Below the pieces are notes generated by a model, which saw only the letters and a list, made by a program, of their open reading frames with translations, was not told the origin of the DNA and made no database searches. Shown in pieces: positions 1-13,200 of a stretch of 32,783 nt of DNA. Every line of letters begins with the position of its first letter. Position 1 is the first letter of the stretch. Position numbers and translations under genes: made by a program. Source of the DNA: Streblomastix strix (Eukaryota); assembly GCA_008636045.1 (NCBI GenBank), contig SNRW01000065.1, positions 1-32,783 on the forward strand, given 5' to 3'.

Positions 1-304
1 GTAATTCTGGAGGAGGTGAATATGATAGTTATATTATTCGTCCTTAACCCTAGTATTCCATTTCTTAATTCTGTGTTGCTTTTCGTAGTGCTGCTACTCG
101 TTTAAAATCTGTTTGCTTTACACTCCCCAATGACGGGAAATCGTCATCCATAGAGAAGGCAGATGCTGCTTCTCTTCTAGGAAGTTATGAAGGGGCACTT
201 TATTCACCTGTATTTTACGTCTAAAATGCTGCTGCTCTTCGCTTGTGAGGGGGTAAGTACATTTATGACCCAGGTGCACGCGGCCTCTCCTGCTATGCAG
301 TCAT
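1..304 (-). CDS. 5' part of a hypothetical protein (runs off the window), table 6; N-terminal YLPPHKR and DDDFPSLG motifs suggest an RNA-metabolism protein, possibly DEAD-box/Ded1-like
   Basis: ATG at 304. The frame is open to position 1 with TAA/TAG=Q: MTAQQERPRAPGSQMYLPPHKRRAAAFQTQNTGEQSAPSQLPRREAASAFSMDDDFPSLGSVKQTDFKRVAALRKATQNQEMEYQGQGRIIQLSYSPPPEL. GC rises sharply at the ATG. The product call rests only on short motifs. Confidence 0.7.
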
Positions 305-1206
305 CTTTAAATTTATATAAATTTATCATATATTGATCATATTGCTATTATAAAAATTATTTAAAAACATTTAGTGGATGAGTATGGAAGAAAATTAACC
401 TTTTCAAAAAAATTTTGGCTTATTATCTGGTTATTTCTTTGTTCATGAATAAATCAGTTTAATTGGTTAATAAATGAAAAATTATTACTTGATTATGATT
501 TTTATTTTTTTAAAAATAACTGCACAGCGAGTAAATTAGTGGAAAACCAATATTTGATATTTCTTCTTCTTTTTTTCCTACAGATACTCATTATTTTGTT
601 TCTTCTTTTTTCTAAAGATTTTCATAGATCTCCTGTATTTAAATATATAAGTGGGGTCAGGTTATAAATATTTCATCGTCTTCTTATTTTCCTCATCTAT
701 AGCTATTTATTTTAATAAAATATATGCTATTTAATTTTTATATGATTATTCAAACATTATTTAAACAAAATAAAGTTAATAATATGTCCAATACTGGATA
801 AAAACAGAATTTATCAATTTTCATTATAATTGTAGTTTATAATTTATATAAAATACATTCATTGTTACAATATTTTAATATTCTATAGTAAATTATTTAC
901 TTTGATAATATTTTCTTATTTTATCCGCATAAACACTGAAAATATTTTTTATAAATTAAATTGGAATTAATTACTCAAATTATAAATTTTTATAGTTATT
1001 TTATTAATTATTCGATTTAGTAATTACTTACTTAATTTTTCTCAATTTTTGTAAATTTTAATATGTACGAATAAGAATCTTTGATATGATTTACATTTTT
1101 TTTTGTTCATCATAAATTATTAATTTAATTTAAACTTTTTTATATTTGATTTTCTCTCTAATGTTTTTTTTTATTTAATATTGTACAGTTACAAGGTATT
1201 AATGCT
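305..1206. promoter_or_regulatory. AT-rich intergenic region between divergent genes (probable bidirectional promoter and 5' UTRs)
   Basis: Lies between the minus-strand ATG at 304 and the plus-strand ATG at 1207. Very AT-rich; no specific promoter motif identified. Confidence 0.4.
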
Positions 1207-4200
1207 ATGAGCGACAATAAAAACAAAGTACGAATAGATGAAAGTGTGGATAAGACAGTTTTACGCTCGCTTCAGTAGATCTAAAGTCGGATTACATCAT
1301 CAAACATATGTATAGTAATAGTTACTATATTATATTTTATAATTTATAATTTTTATGATCATAGCTGATTTTCGAGATGCAGAACAGAAAATTATTAAAA
1401 TGTGCACATAGATTAATTCTGAACCATTGGCAAGTGCAAATTCAACCACCTTTCTTTAAATTTGTTATTCTTTTCGTTTTATATTGAAATATTTAAAGAG
1501 TTAAAAAATGTTTGCCTTATTTTATATTTATATATAATCAATTTTTTAAATACTAAATTTCTTTTTTAGTCCTTTTGATAAAGAAATATGCGAATCTAAA
1601 TCAAAAATAATTGAGAATATGTTAAACTTCACATTAATTTCTTTGTTTCGCAGAAATGAAGTTCGTGAATTGATTGAACTACTTGGATAATTCTTTCCAA
1701 CTTCTAAACTGAAGTTTGTTTCATAAACAGAGTAAACAATTGAACCTAAAAAGACTCCAGATAATTTAGATAGTATTATATAAACATATGCAAAAAAGTT
1801 ATTAGGAACTTAGATTCATCTTATGATAATTGGTTAATTGAAGAAATTCTAATTTTTTGAATAAATAAGAGAGCTCATAGAAAAGAATTAGCATTTATTC
1901 ACTTCAAAAACATATTTCTAATTAATTAAAATTTTTCATACGGTTTGCTATTATATGATATTTTATATTTTTTTTCTCATTGTATTTTATTAATTTACAT
2001 ATTTTGCTATTTTTTAGTGCTGTATGTTTCTGAAAAAAGAATATATGAAAGAATATTATGATGTAATTTATAATATATCAGATCGAATGGCTGGTGGAAT
2101 CGATTTCTCAAACATTCCTTCATCTAAACTGCAAACAAATAATTATAATTAGAATGGAGATATTGAGATTAATACAAAGAATATCTTATTCAAAGCTCTT
2201 CTTATGCTAGAATCTATTATGCGATATACATCAATGGTTTTATATTAATTATTTACCTTATATTCATTTTTTATTCTATATATTTTCATTGAACAGAAAG
2301 ATCCAATTGAAATAAGTAGAATAATTGAAGAATAATTTATTCACTTAGGAATGTCCATTGCAACTGAATTTGAGAATATTGCTTTGAAAAGAACATCAAT
2401 TCAGTTATTAACTCCATTTGTTCAACTAGTTTATATGGATTAGTTATCTCAACAAACTACTAATTTTTCGTCTTCATCTTCATCTTCTAATTTATAATAA
2501 CATTCTTTAGTGTAATAAAATAATTAATAATAGAAAAAGACTGAAAAAAGAAACATTTATTAGAAAATGACCATTGAATAAGCATAAGAGCACACAGAAT
2601 AACGTAAATAACTAATTAAACACATTTAGAACAGAAATCAGATTCCTTTTGCAGTTGAATATGCAATTTAACATTCTTCTCAATAAGCAGCATTATCATC
2701 ATTTGGGTCAATATTCAATACTAATAATCCACAATTGAGATCACCTTCTTCTTCTTCTTCATAATCATAATCATCATCCCCATTACCATAACATTCTTCA
2801 TATTAAACACATCTTTGGGATATAAGAGATAATTATTCATGTTTGTTACACCCAGTTACAATTGAAAGGGAGTTATTTACTGAATTAGCTGATTTGTTAT
2901 CTTCTTCTCCAAAACTATAATTGAAAGGAAATCCACTTATGAATTTATTGATTGAAGCAATTTATTCATACGAATTTTACTTTGTTTATGAAATCAGAGA
3001 AAATCTGGAGGATATGATTTATAATGTGAATAAACAGCAATCTTCTCAAATATAATTATCTTCATTTCATTTACATTCGTAATCTTAATTCTCACTTCAA
3101 CCAGAATCGAAATAATCGATTTTATTACTAATTAAATTGTCATAAATATTTGGATTTGATGATTAATTACTAATCAGAATAATATAATCAGGAATATTAA
3201 ATTAGTCTTGGTCATCTGTTACTGCGCATATTGAGTCATAAATAAGACAAAATGAAAGTAGATTAAGGTTATAATATATGCAGAAGATGCAATCTATGAG
3301 AGATAAATGTACATAGATTATATAATAATAATAAATATCTTTAAACGACAAAAAGAATTAGATATAAATTTAATAGCTTGCTCCTTCAAACTCGAATAAA
3401 TATACAAATAGAAACTCACTCCCAAGTAATTTAAATAGAGATGATAATAATTCTTAATTATAAATTTTATCATAAATACAATAATAAGTAAAATCATAAT
3501 CTCAATTTATTTCTCCAATTCATTTACCCGATCTTCCAATCAATTCATAAATATCATTTACTATACTATCAATATTGATATAGTAAGACGTAATCAAAAT
3601 TGAAGATTTGAAATTAATTTTATAAGTAATAGTGTAAATGAAAGATCATATTATAGATATTTCTCCTGAAAATAATAATCCAATTAAATTAATAACATAA
3701 ATAATTAATTTTATAAAATCATTATTTGGACTTAGCTATCAATAAGACACCAAAGAAACAATAATTAAAATTAATAATTAAGAATAAGAAAAGAATATGC
3801 AAGCATAATAATCCAGAGAAAGAGGAATAACATTTTCTAATGAATAAAGATCATTTTCTCCTTCTTCATCTTCATCATTACAAATATAAGCACATTCTTC
3901 TTCTCCAATACAAATTCATTAATTATCCTCATTATCCTCATAATAATCATTTTAATAAACAAATTAGCAACAGTAAAATTAATAGCATGTAATTAAGCCA
4001 ATAACAAATGCATTCTGGAGTATATGCAACAATGAGATACAAATAAAGATGAGGAAAAGATCTCTTTTGATAGTCATAGAGAATGAGAAAATAAAGGAAA
4101 AAGAGAAATTGGGGAAAGAGAAAGATAATAATGAGAAGGAGAAGGAAAAAGATTAAAAAGAATAGAAAAAGATGGATAAATAAGAATAAATTAATTTAGA

Positions 4201-7200
4201 GAAATAAAAATACTAATAGAATGAATAAGAAACATATGAATCTGATGACGATGATGATGACGACAATGATAATATTGATAACTAATCTTAATCTTAATCA
4301 TCTTCCTCATCTCAGACATAATTATAATAATTAAATAATAACAGTAGGGAAAAAGAATAGGAGAAAGATTTGAATAAAGAAAGAATAAAAGTTGATGAAA
4401 AGGGAATATTGAATATTGATGATAAAACTAATAAACCAATCAGTAAAGAAGCAATTTATCCTTGTTTTATAATAACTAATAATAAAAATAAATAAATATC
4501 AACCTTGAAATAATAAAGCTAAGAATAAGAATATAATACACTCTAATAAATAATAGATATCTTGCTAATGTTACTTATTGATAAAGAAGTTGATTATTAA
4601 TAATTAGGTATTTCTGAATCATAAATATTGCAATTATCAAAACAATAATAAAATAAATAATAATTAAGTGAAGATGAATCAGAATATTCTTCATCTGATT
4701 CTTCATCATATTCTTTATCAAGTCAATCAAACAATAATAATGAATAGCAATAAAATGAAAATGACAATAATAATTTTCCTTTATTCGTTTCAGTACCATT
4801 TATTCCTTCTCCTTCTTCTTCATTTTCTCATTCATTTCATTTATTTATTCAATAATCACTTTAGCAAATAATCAAAATATCATATGAATAATTATCAATA
4901 CTAATAGGTGCTTCTTAAAATGTATAAAAGAGAATAAACTTATTAATTGAATCATTTGGAAAATATTTAATTTAAATAATAATTGAACAGAGAAATGCCA
5001 CAATTTATTGTTATTTACTATTTGATATTATTGACTATCTTTATGTAGCTGCTGAGGAAGCTAGAACACAGAGAAATTAATAACTATTGAAATAACAATA
5101 GTAATAATTAAAACAAAACCACCCTCATTATTCCATTTCAAATATATTATTTAATTTACCATAAATAAAATCGCAAAGTAATACTAATTTAATGAGTGAT
5201 AATACCAATGAAATATACAATTATTGGGATGTGATTACATAATTAGGAAATTCATATTAATTAAATGAGAATCAAAATTAAAATGAAATCAAAAAATAAA
5301 TTAAGAATAAAAATGATTAAGATGTTGAAAAAGATGGATAAGAAAATAAATTAGAGAAATTTTTATAAAGTAGAAGAACAAGAAGAAAAGAAAAAATAGA
5401 TTAGAAACAATAGCAAAAATAATAATCTTTAAATACTCCATTTTCTTACCTAATTAATAATAATATATCAACCATCTTTCTTAATAAATTATAGTAGTTG
5501 CATTCAGATGTATTGGAATGGAGTACTAACATATAACTATTGCTTTAATTAACAGCTCCTCCATCTTCACTTTCTCTTACAAGTATGGGAATGAACTAAA
5601 GTATGAATGTATCTTTCTCTTCATTAAATTAGAACATGTTGAATGAAATGATGAATAAAATAATGTTTTAAGATGAAAACGAATTTGGAAAATAAAATTA
5701 ATAGAAACCTGATGAAGTTGATGAAGAAAATGATAATAATGGTATATGGAATGGGAAAACATGGCATTATAATATATACAGAGATTAGAAAGATGAAGAA
5801 GAAGACGAAGAAAGGATGTAATATAATATGTATAATATTGAATAGTATAAAATAAATGAGCTGAAAAAGAATAAAAGAAATGATGGAAAATAAAATAGAA
5901 TCACATCATCCCACTCATTATAACATTCATTCTTTCTTCCATCTCGAATAGAACGTCTTTGGATTGGTAGCTATACATATAAATAACACAGATAGATCAT
6001 AACACAGTTAATATTCAGATTCTCTTTGGCTTTGATAATTTCAGCTATTAAGAAACCGCCAGCTCCTCCACCCCCATAAATATAAGAGAAACAATATGAA
6101 ACAAGAGAAAGAACACAAAGTGGAGAAAGAAAGGATAATAATTCAACAACTCCATTACCTCCTGCATCTTTAAATGGAAACAATTAATAGAATAATTAGT
6201 TGAATAACGAAGAAGATTAAAAAAAGAAAGAAAAGAAAGAAAGAAAAGAGAAAGAAAAACAATTGGAAAAAGAAAAAGCGAAAGAAAGAGAATTAGAATA
6301 ATAGAGATTATTATTGATTTAGAAATAGGAAAATGAATATAAATTATAATAAAATAAGTAATTAACATCATTTCTTCATTAAATATATAAAATAACAATA
6401 AAATAAGCTATTACAAGAAAAGAATGTGAAGAAAACACGATTTACTATACATTATTATTGGTAAGACTATTCTCTTTGCAGCCATAGATATAAATGAAAA
6501 TAATTGCAGAAAGATATATGTAATTGACCTTATAATACAATTTGAATAATAATAATTAAAGATTGCAAGAATAATAATAATTAAATAATCATATTATATA
6601 AATTGGAAAAGAATTTTAAAGAAACAATTAGCATATTTCAGTAATAAAATAATTATTCTATAATATAATATTGAATATTAATGAAAAAAGAAAATTAATG
6701 CCTGTTATCAAAATGAAGATTAATATTACTATTAAGGAATAAGAGAAAGAGAATAATTAACTTGAAAAGGAAGAAGGAGAGATTATGAATGAAATCTAAA
6801 CTAACAGAATGAACATATTAAGTGAATAATAAAATCAATCATTTTTATAAGAAAAATATTAGAATATTTAGACCATTTATGAATTTTTTATTAACAATTA
6901 ATAATTTAATAATAAAATATAATATAATGATTAAAACAAGAAATATTAATCATCTATTAATTCATTAAATTAATTATAGTATATGAATTTCTCACTTTAC
7001 CACAACTATCCTCTTAGATCTAATTTTAACATTAATAATTAACCCAATTAGTAATAAAGTGATGATATTTCTTTCTTACCAATACAATTATAATAGAAAC
7101 AAATTGATCAAAAAATTTAATTATTTTCATAATTATATTTAGGAATAAATAAAGCATTTGGGACGATATAATAAACATTATATATTTATTATCGAGTAAA

Positions 7201-10200
7201 AGATATTGTTAATGAAAAGTTAAAAGAGAGAAATAAATAAATTAAACTAAATAATGTTCAATAATAATTATAAAAATACTCTTAATCCTCATCAATATCA
7301 TCTCCATATTAACAATATCTAATCAACATAAACAATGCATTACAAACACCCCAAAGAAAATCTTCTTCACCTTCTCCTTCCACTTAACATAAATAATCAC
7401 ATTCTAATTCTCCATCTGAATAATAATCTTAATCTTAGTCAAAATAATATCCATTTCCAATTCCTCCTCCTCCTCCAATTCCACCTTCTTCATTCACTCA
7501 TAATTCATCATCTAAATCTTTGCATTCAATTCCTCCTCTTCCTTAAATTACCATATAGACATCACAGTCTTTTAATGAATAAATATATTAGGATATTATG
7601 AATGAACACTAAGGAATATACTTATCCTAATAGTTATAAAATGAATAAGACAAAGAATTGATATTTGGATAACAATCAATATTTGAGTCTGCATTAACAA
7701 GTTAATATGTTTACGTTACAATTAACAAAATTATCCTACCTTTTAATTTATTCAACTAACAAATACTGCAACAAATTTAGATGAAATTAAATTAATATAT
7801 GTAATCTTAATAACAGAAACAGTCATAGAATTAAGAATAACTTTAGGAACTAAATTGCATTTTCAAATTTATTCCATAATCTTTATCGTAAAATACTTCG
7901 TCTCATGCTTCTTTAATTTCATCTTCAACATAAATGCTTATTTTAATGTAAAGACAACTAAATAATAATAATCCAATTGATATAATAAGTAATATATGTA
8001 AACCAAGACACACTTTATCATAATTATTTTCTATTATTACATTTTAATCTTAATCTTTATAGAAGTAGTATTAACAGTAAGTATAATAAAAATAGAATTA
8101 ATCTTTATAAAACCAATAAGATATATAAATGAAATAAGAATAAGTAAATAGCAGAGAACAATCAGCATTATATTATGAAATTGCAAAAGCAACTTCATAA
8201 GAATTCAATTTTTCATCATCATCATCTTCTTCTTCTTCCTCTTCATCATCATCTTCTTCTTCTTCATCATCATCTTCTTCTTCATCATCTTCTTCTTCTT
8301 CATCATCATCTTCTTCTTCATCATCATCTTCTTCTTCATCTTCTTCTTCATCATCATCATCTACATCATCATCTTCTTCATAATAATCAGCAGAAACATT
8401 TCTTCCTCCTCGTCCTCCAGATCCTTAATTTATATAACCTGGAGTTAAATTTTACTAAAAAAGATAAATTATTTCTAAGGAACAATAAAATTATCAAAAT
8501 TAATAATTAAAGTTTCAAGCATAATATATAGACAAATAATAATAAGATTCAAACGTTAATATAAATAAAACTTACAAACCAGAACCGCCTCCTATTTTAT
8601 TAATTAATGATACTTTGAATTTAAATAAAAGTATAAGTAATAGTAAAGAAAAAGAGAAAGGATCAATGAATGAATAATAACTATAACATTTGGATAATAA
8701 TAGCATTTATAAAGAAATAGAATAAGAATTGCAATATAATAGAAATGATAATGAAATGCGAAAAATGTTTATTAATATGATAATGAATGAAATAATATAA
8801 TTGAGATAAATATTCATGTTTACGAAAAAACAAATAAAGATTTACATAAAAATAGAGAAAGAGAAATTAATTGAGAGAAATGGATTATAATAAAAAACAA
8901 ATGACGATGACGATTCATCTTCATCATCTTCGTAATCTTCTTATTCATCCACAAGTTCACTTTCATCTGATTCATAATCATCTCTTTCTTAATCATCATA
9001 ATCGTAACAATAATATTATTAATTATAGTAATATGATAGTAGTTAGAATATTAATGAATCACATTCATCATCATTAATAAATAATCAAGATGAATTTAAT
9101 AGAGGAATGAAATAATAAAGATAAAATATAGTTAGATTTGAATACAATTAAGATATAAATAAGAGTAAAGTGAAGAAGAAATAATAAGAAAAGGTTAAAG
9201 ATAAGGATAAAGATTACAAATTTGATAAAGAAAGTGAAAAAGAAATTTAATCATAATCTTCATTATCGTATAATTAAATGAGTCTAAAATAATAGTCATT
9301 GAAACCACTTCATGCTCCATCTCCTCTTGTTTATATTCCTACTTCTCCAAAAGTAGAAAGATAATCATCTTCATAATCATCTTCTCAATAACTAACAAGT
9401 AGAAGTAGAATTAGATCATTTGATAATAAAGATGATGAATTAGATAATGAATCTAACTAATATTCTATTCCATCTTCTTCTTCTTCTTTAACTTCTCCTT
9501 CTCCATTAAGACAAGACAGTAAAACTGATATGATAAGAAAGAAAGATAAGAAAAAGAGTCAAAAGAAAATAAAAGAAAATAATACGTTAAATAAAAATAA
9601 ATAAAAAGAGAAAACAAAATAGAAAATTGTTAAGAAAGAGAAAGAAAAAGAATAATTGAAAAAACATGGTTCAAATGGATCATAAACTTATCATAGCAAA
9701 CATCATCACACTTTTCCTACAATAATATTGACAAAGAAATAATTAAAATATTTAATGTAAGAACTATTTAATCGTATCAACCGAGTAATTAATTCACTAT
9801 CAATATTGCAAAGAATTTAAGATGAGTATTATATTTCATTCTCACCTTAACTTCGTTTGGACTTATTTTGTATTTTAGAAGAAGAGAAAGTAAACATAGT
9901 ATAAAAAAGAAATAAATTGAAAGAAAAAGAAAAAATAAGAAAAAATAAGAAAGATTATAATAAAGATGAATATGAAGATGGAGATTAAATTGATGAAGAA
10001 TACAACAATTATTTTAATGAGAATAATCAAAATGAATCAGATTTAGATGTTTTCTATTTATAAATAAATGTTCTTCCATTCGGCATACACAAAATACCAA
10101 TTACAAAATATGACTGCATATAAACAATAAGAATTAAGATTTCTAAATTGATTAAATAAAACTCTAGTAAAATAAAAATTTATTTGTATGGTATTGATAT

Positions 10201-13200
10201 TTCGTATGAATTGGGATTAATATTTTCTTCTTTATCTTCATATTCTTATTATTCTTACCTACTTATGAACAATACTATGAATATTAGCGAATAAGGGAAG
10301 AATATTGAAAATGAACAAAAGAAAGAAAAAGACAATGAAAAACAGCAATTTGTATTTGAAACATCAAAGCAAAAACCAATTTTTCAATCTTCTTAATAAA
10401 CTCCAAAAACATAAGCTGCTCCTCTTTCTCCAACATCTTCATCTCCACCCAAACAGTCTCCGTTCCATATTCATTCTAATTCACCTTAACCTCCAATCTA
10501 ATAATAACAATAGTAAATATAATAATATAGTGATACTAATGATATTTTAAATTAATAATCATAATTTCCAAAAGAAATAATTATTCCATCTCACTTATAC
10601 ACTCAATGTTCATATAGTAAATATCCCTTATTAAAATAATTTACTGTTGAACAGAAAATAAGTGAATAATAATCTTAATATTATTCATAATTATAACTTC
10701 CTAATCCATTATTAAATTCTTAAACTCAATCATCTGTTAATAATTAATTTTAATAATAATCAAATATTTTTACTTCATTATTTATTCATCCTTAGTATTA
10801 TTATAATAAATTATAATAAGAATAAAATAGAACGAAAGAGATGTAATAATTACAATCAACAAATAATTATAACAATACATAAATTAATTATTCTTCACTT
10901 TCTTCATTCCCATTAACTCCATCTTCTTTATCCATATATTCATTCAATACTTTATTTGATAGATTATTGTTATTATAATAAGGCATAATAGCAATTGTTA
11001 TTGATGATATTAATGAAAAGGAGAAAGAAAGTTTGATCGTGAATGCAAATGCAAATAAAGAGAAAGATGTTAAATATAAAGATATGATAGACACGGATGA
11101 TGAAGTGCTAATTAATATACCAATAATTGATAAAGATGATGAAAAGGGAAGTAAGAATGAATAAAATAGTTAATCAACACATTCTCAATCCAAATCATTT
11201 TCACGATCTTCTTCTTTCTCATAGTCCCAATCTCAAATTATTAATATTGAAAAAAAGAAAGATAAAGTTAAAGAGAAAGAGAAAGAGAAAGATAAAGAGA
11301 AAAAGAAGGAGAAAAAGAAGGACATAGATAAAGATAAGGATAAAGATAAGGATAAAATGAAGGATAAAGAAAAAGACAAAGATAAGGATAAAGATAAGAA
11401 TAAAGACAAAGATAAAGATAAGGATAAAGATAAAGATAAGAATAAAGATAAGAATAAAGATAAGAATAAAGATAAATAAAATAATAAAGATAAAAAGGAA
11501 GACAAATAATCATAATCTGACTAATAAATTTCAGATGAAATATTAAAATAATTAGTCAATGAAGATGGAAGTAAGGATAATGATCAATTTATTAGAAATT
11601 AAATGAAAATGTTAGAAAAATTTTAGAAATAAAAAGATAAAGACAAAATTAAAGACAAAGAGAAAAAAGAAGGAAAAGAAAATAAAGATAAAGATAATGA
11701 AAAGGAGATGGAGAAGGAGAAAGTAAAAGTGAAAGAAGACAGTGAATAAAATGCAGACAAAGAGAAATTGAAAGACATTAAAGAAAAAGTTGGATAGAAA
11801 GATGAAGAAAATATTAATAATAAAGAAGAAGAAGAAGATATTAACAAAGATGATAAAATAGATGTTAATATTTTATAAGAATAAGATATGTAGTAGCTTG
11901 AAAAATAATTATTAAATGCGGATTTTGAAAGATAATAAAGAAAATAGAAATTGAAATAGTAACAAGAAGAACAATAAGAGTAAGAGTTAAATTAGAAATA
12001 AAAATAAAAATAAGTATAATAACAGAAATAAAGAAGAGGAAGAGATGAAAGAGAAAGAAATGAAGAATATGTTAATGTAGAATAAAAAGAAAAATATTAA
12101 ATAAAAGACAAATAATAAAACATAAATAATATTAATTTGGATCTGAATTAAAATAAAAATGTTAATATTAATGATCCCATTGATTTTCCTGAGAGGTTTT
12201 ATGTTTATTATTGTAATACTATTTAATTTGATTATAGTGAATAAGATTAAGAGAAATATTCTTAAGAAGAAGATGCTATTGAGAGAAAGAGTAGTAAAAA
12301 AGATAAAAAGAAGAATCAATCTTCATCGTAGAAATAATTATAATCAATAATTTAATAGGCAAAAAAGTCAATATAATAATTGTATATGCTATAATAAAAT
12401 TCAAATAATAAAGAGAAAGAAAATAAATAAAATGATAAAAAGAAAAGAAAAAAATCTATTCAATAATCAAATTCAATAAATAATAAAATAAATAAATCTT
12501 TTATATAATTAGAATAAATTTGCGGGAGAGGGGGAGAAGGATTAGGAAAAGCATTATAATATTCTCCTTATATTTTATTGAATTAATAATATATTAAAAA
12601 TGAATATGATTAAGATTATGAGTAGAACTAATTTATAATTGAGAATGATTTATCTGCTAATTAGACACATATAAATATATATCAATGTATCGATTATATT
12701 TCTATCTTATCTCCAATTCTCCTTCTTTAATCATCTTTGTTTAATGGTGAGAGTTTATATTAATAACAAATTTAATACGAATAAAGAAAGAAAGAAATAC
12801 GAGAAGAAATTATAAAATAATAACAAAAGAAAAAGGAATAATAAGAATTATTAATTCAAAAAAATATTTAAAAGGTAGAATAAGATCTCAAAGAAATATA
12901 AAAAAGAATATTAGAAATAAATGAAGGAATAAATTGGATTTAGATACTTCTTTATAATCAAACATAGTCATCATCATCTTCATTTTCATAATCCACTTCT
13001 ACACAACAAGATTAGTCATAATAATAAATAAAATTACAACCAAATAAATCACAAAGATCATCTTCTATCTAATCATCATTAATTCCATTATAATCAACTT
13101 CCATTATACTTCCTTCTTCAGTTCAATCACAATAGTCAATTCATTCAATACAAACATCTCCATCTATTCCTCCATTATCAATAATTCCTCCGCTTTCAGT

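Noticed and set aside
8175..8510. His/Leu-rich 111-aa ORF as a metal-binding peptide
   Set aside because: It is a shifted reading of the TCA/TCT poly-Ser tract.
11233..11513. Minus-strand (LS)n and (YLYS)n ORFs, or a CRISPR-like array
   Set aside because: Antisense of the KD hexamer repeat. There are no unique spacers or cas genes, and the context is eukaryotic.
12521..12552. CGRGGEGLGK as a P-loop or Rossmann motif
   Set aside because: It is not followed by S/T and has no preceding hydrophobic strand or Walker B. It sits in low-complexity sequence.
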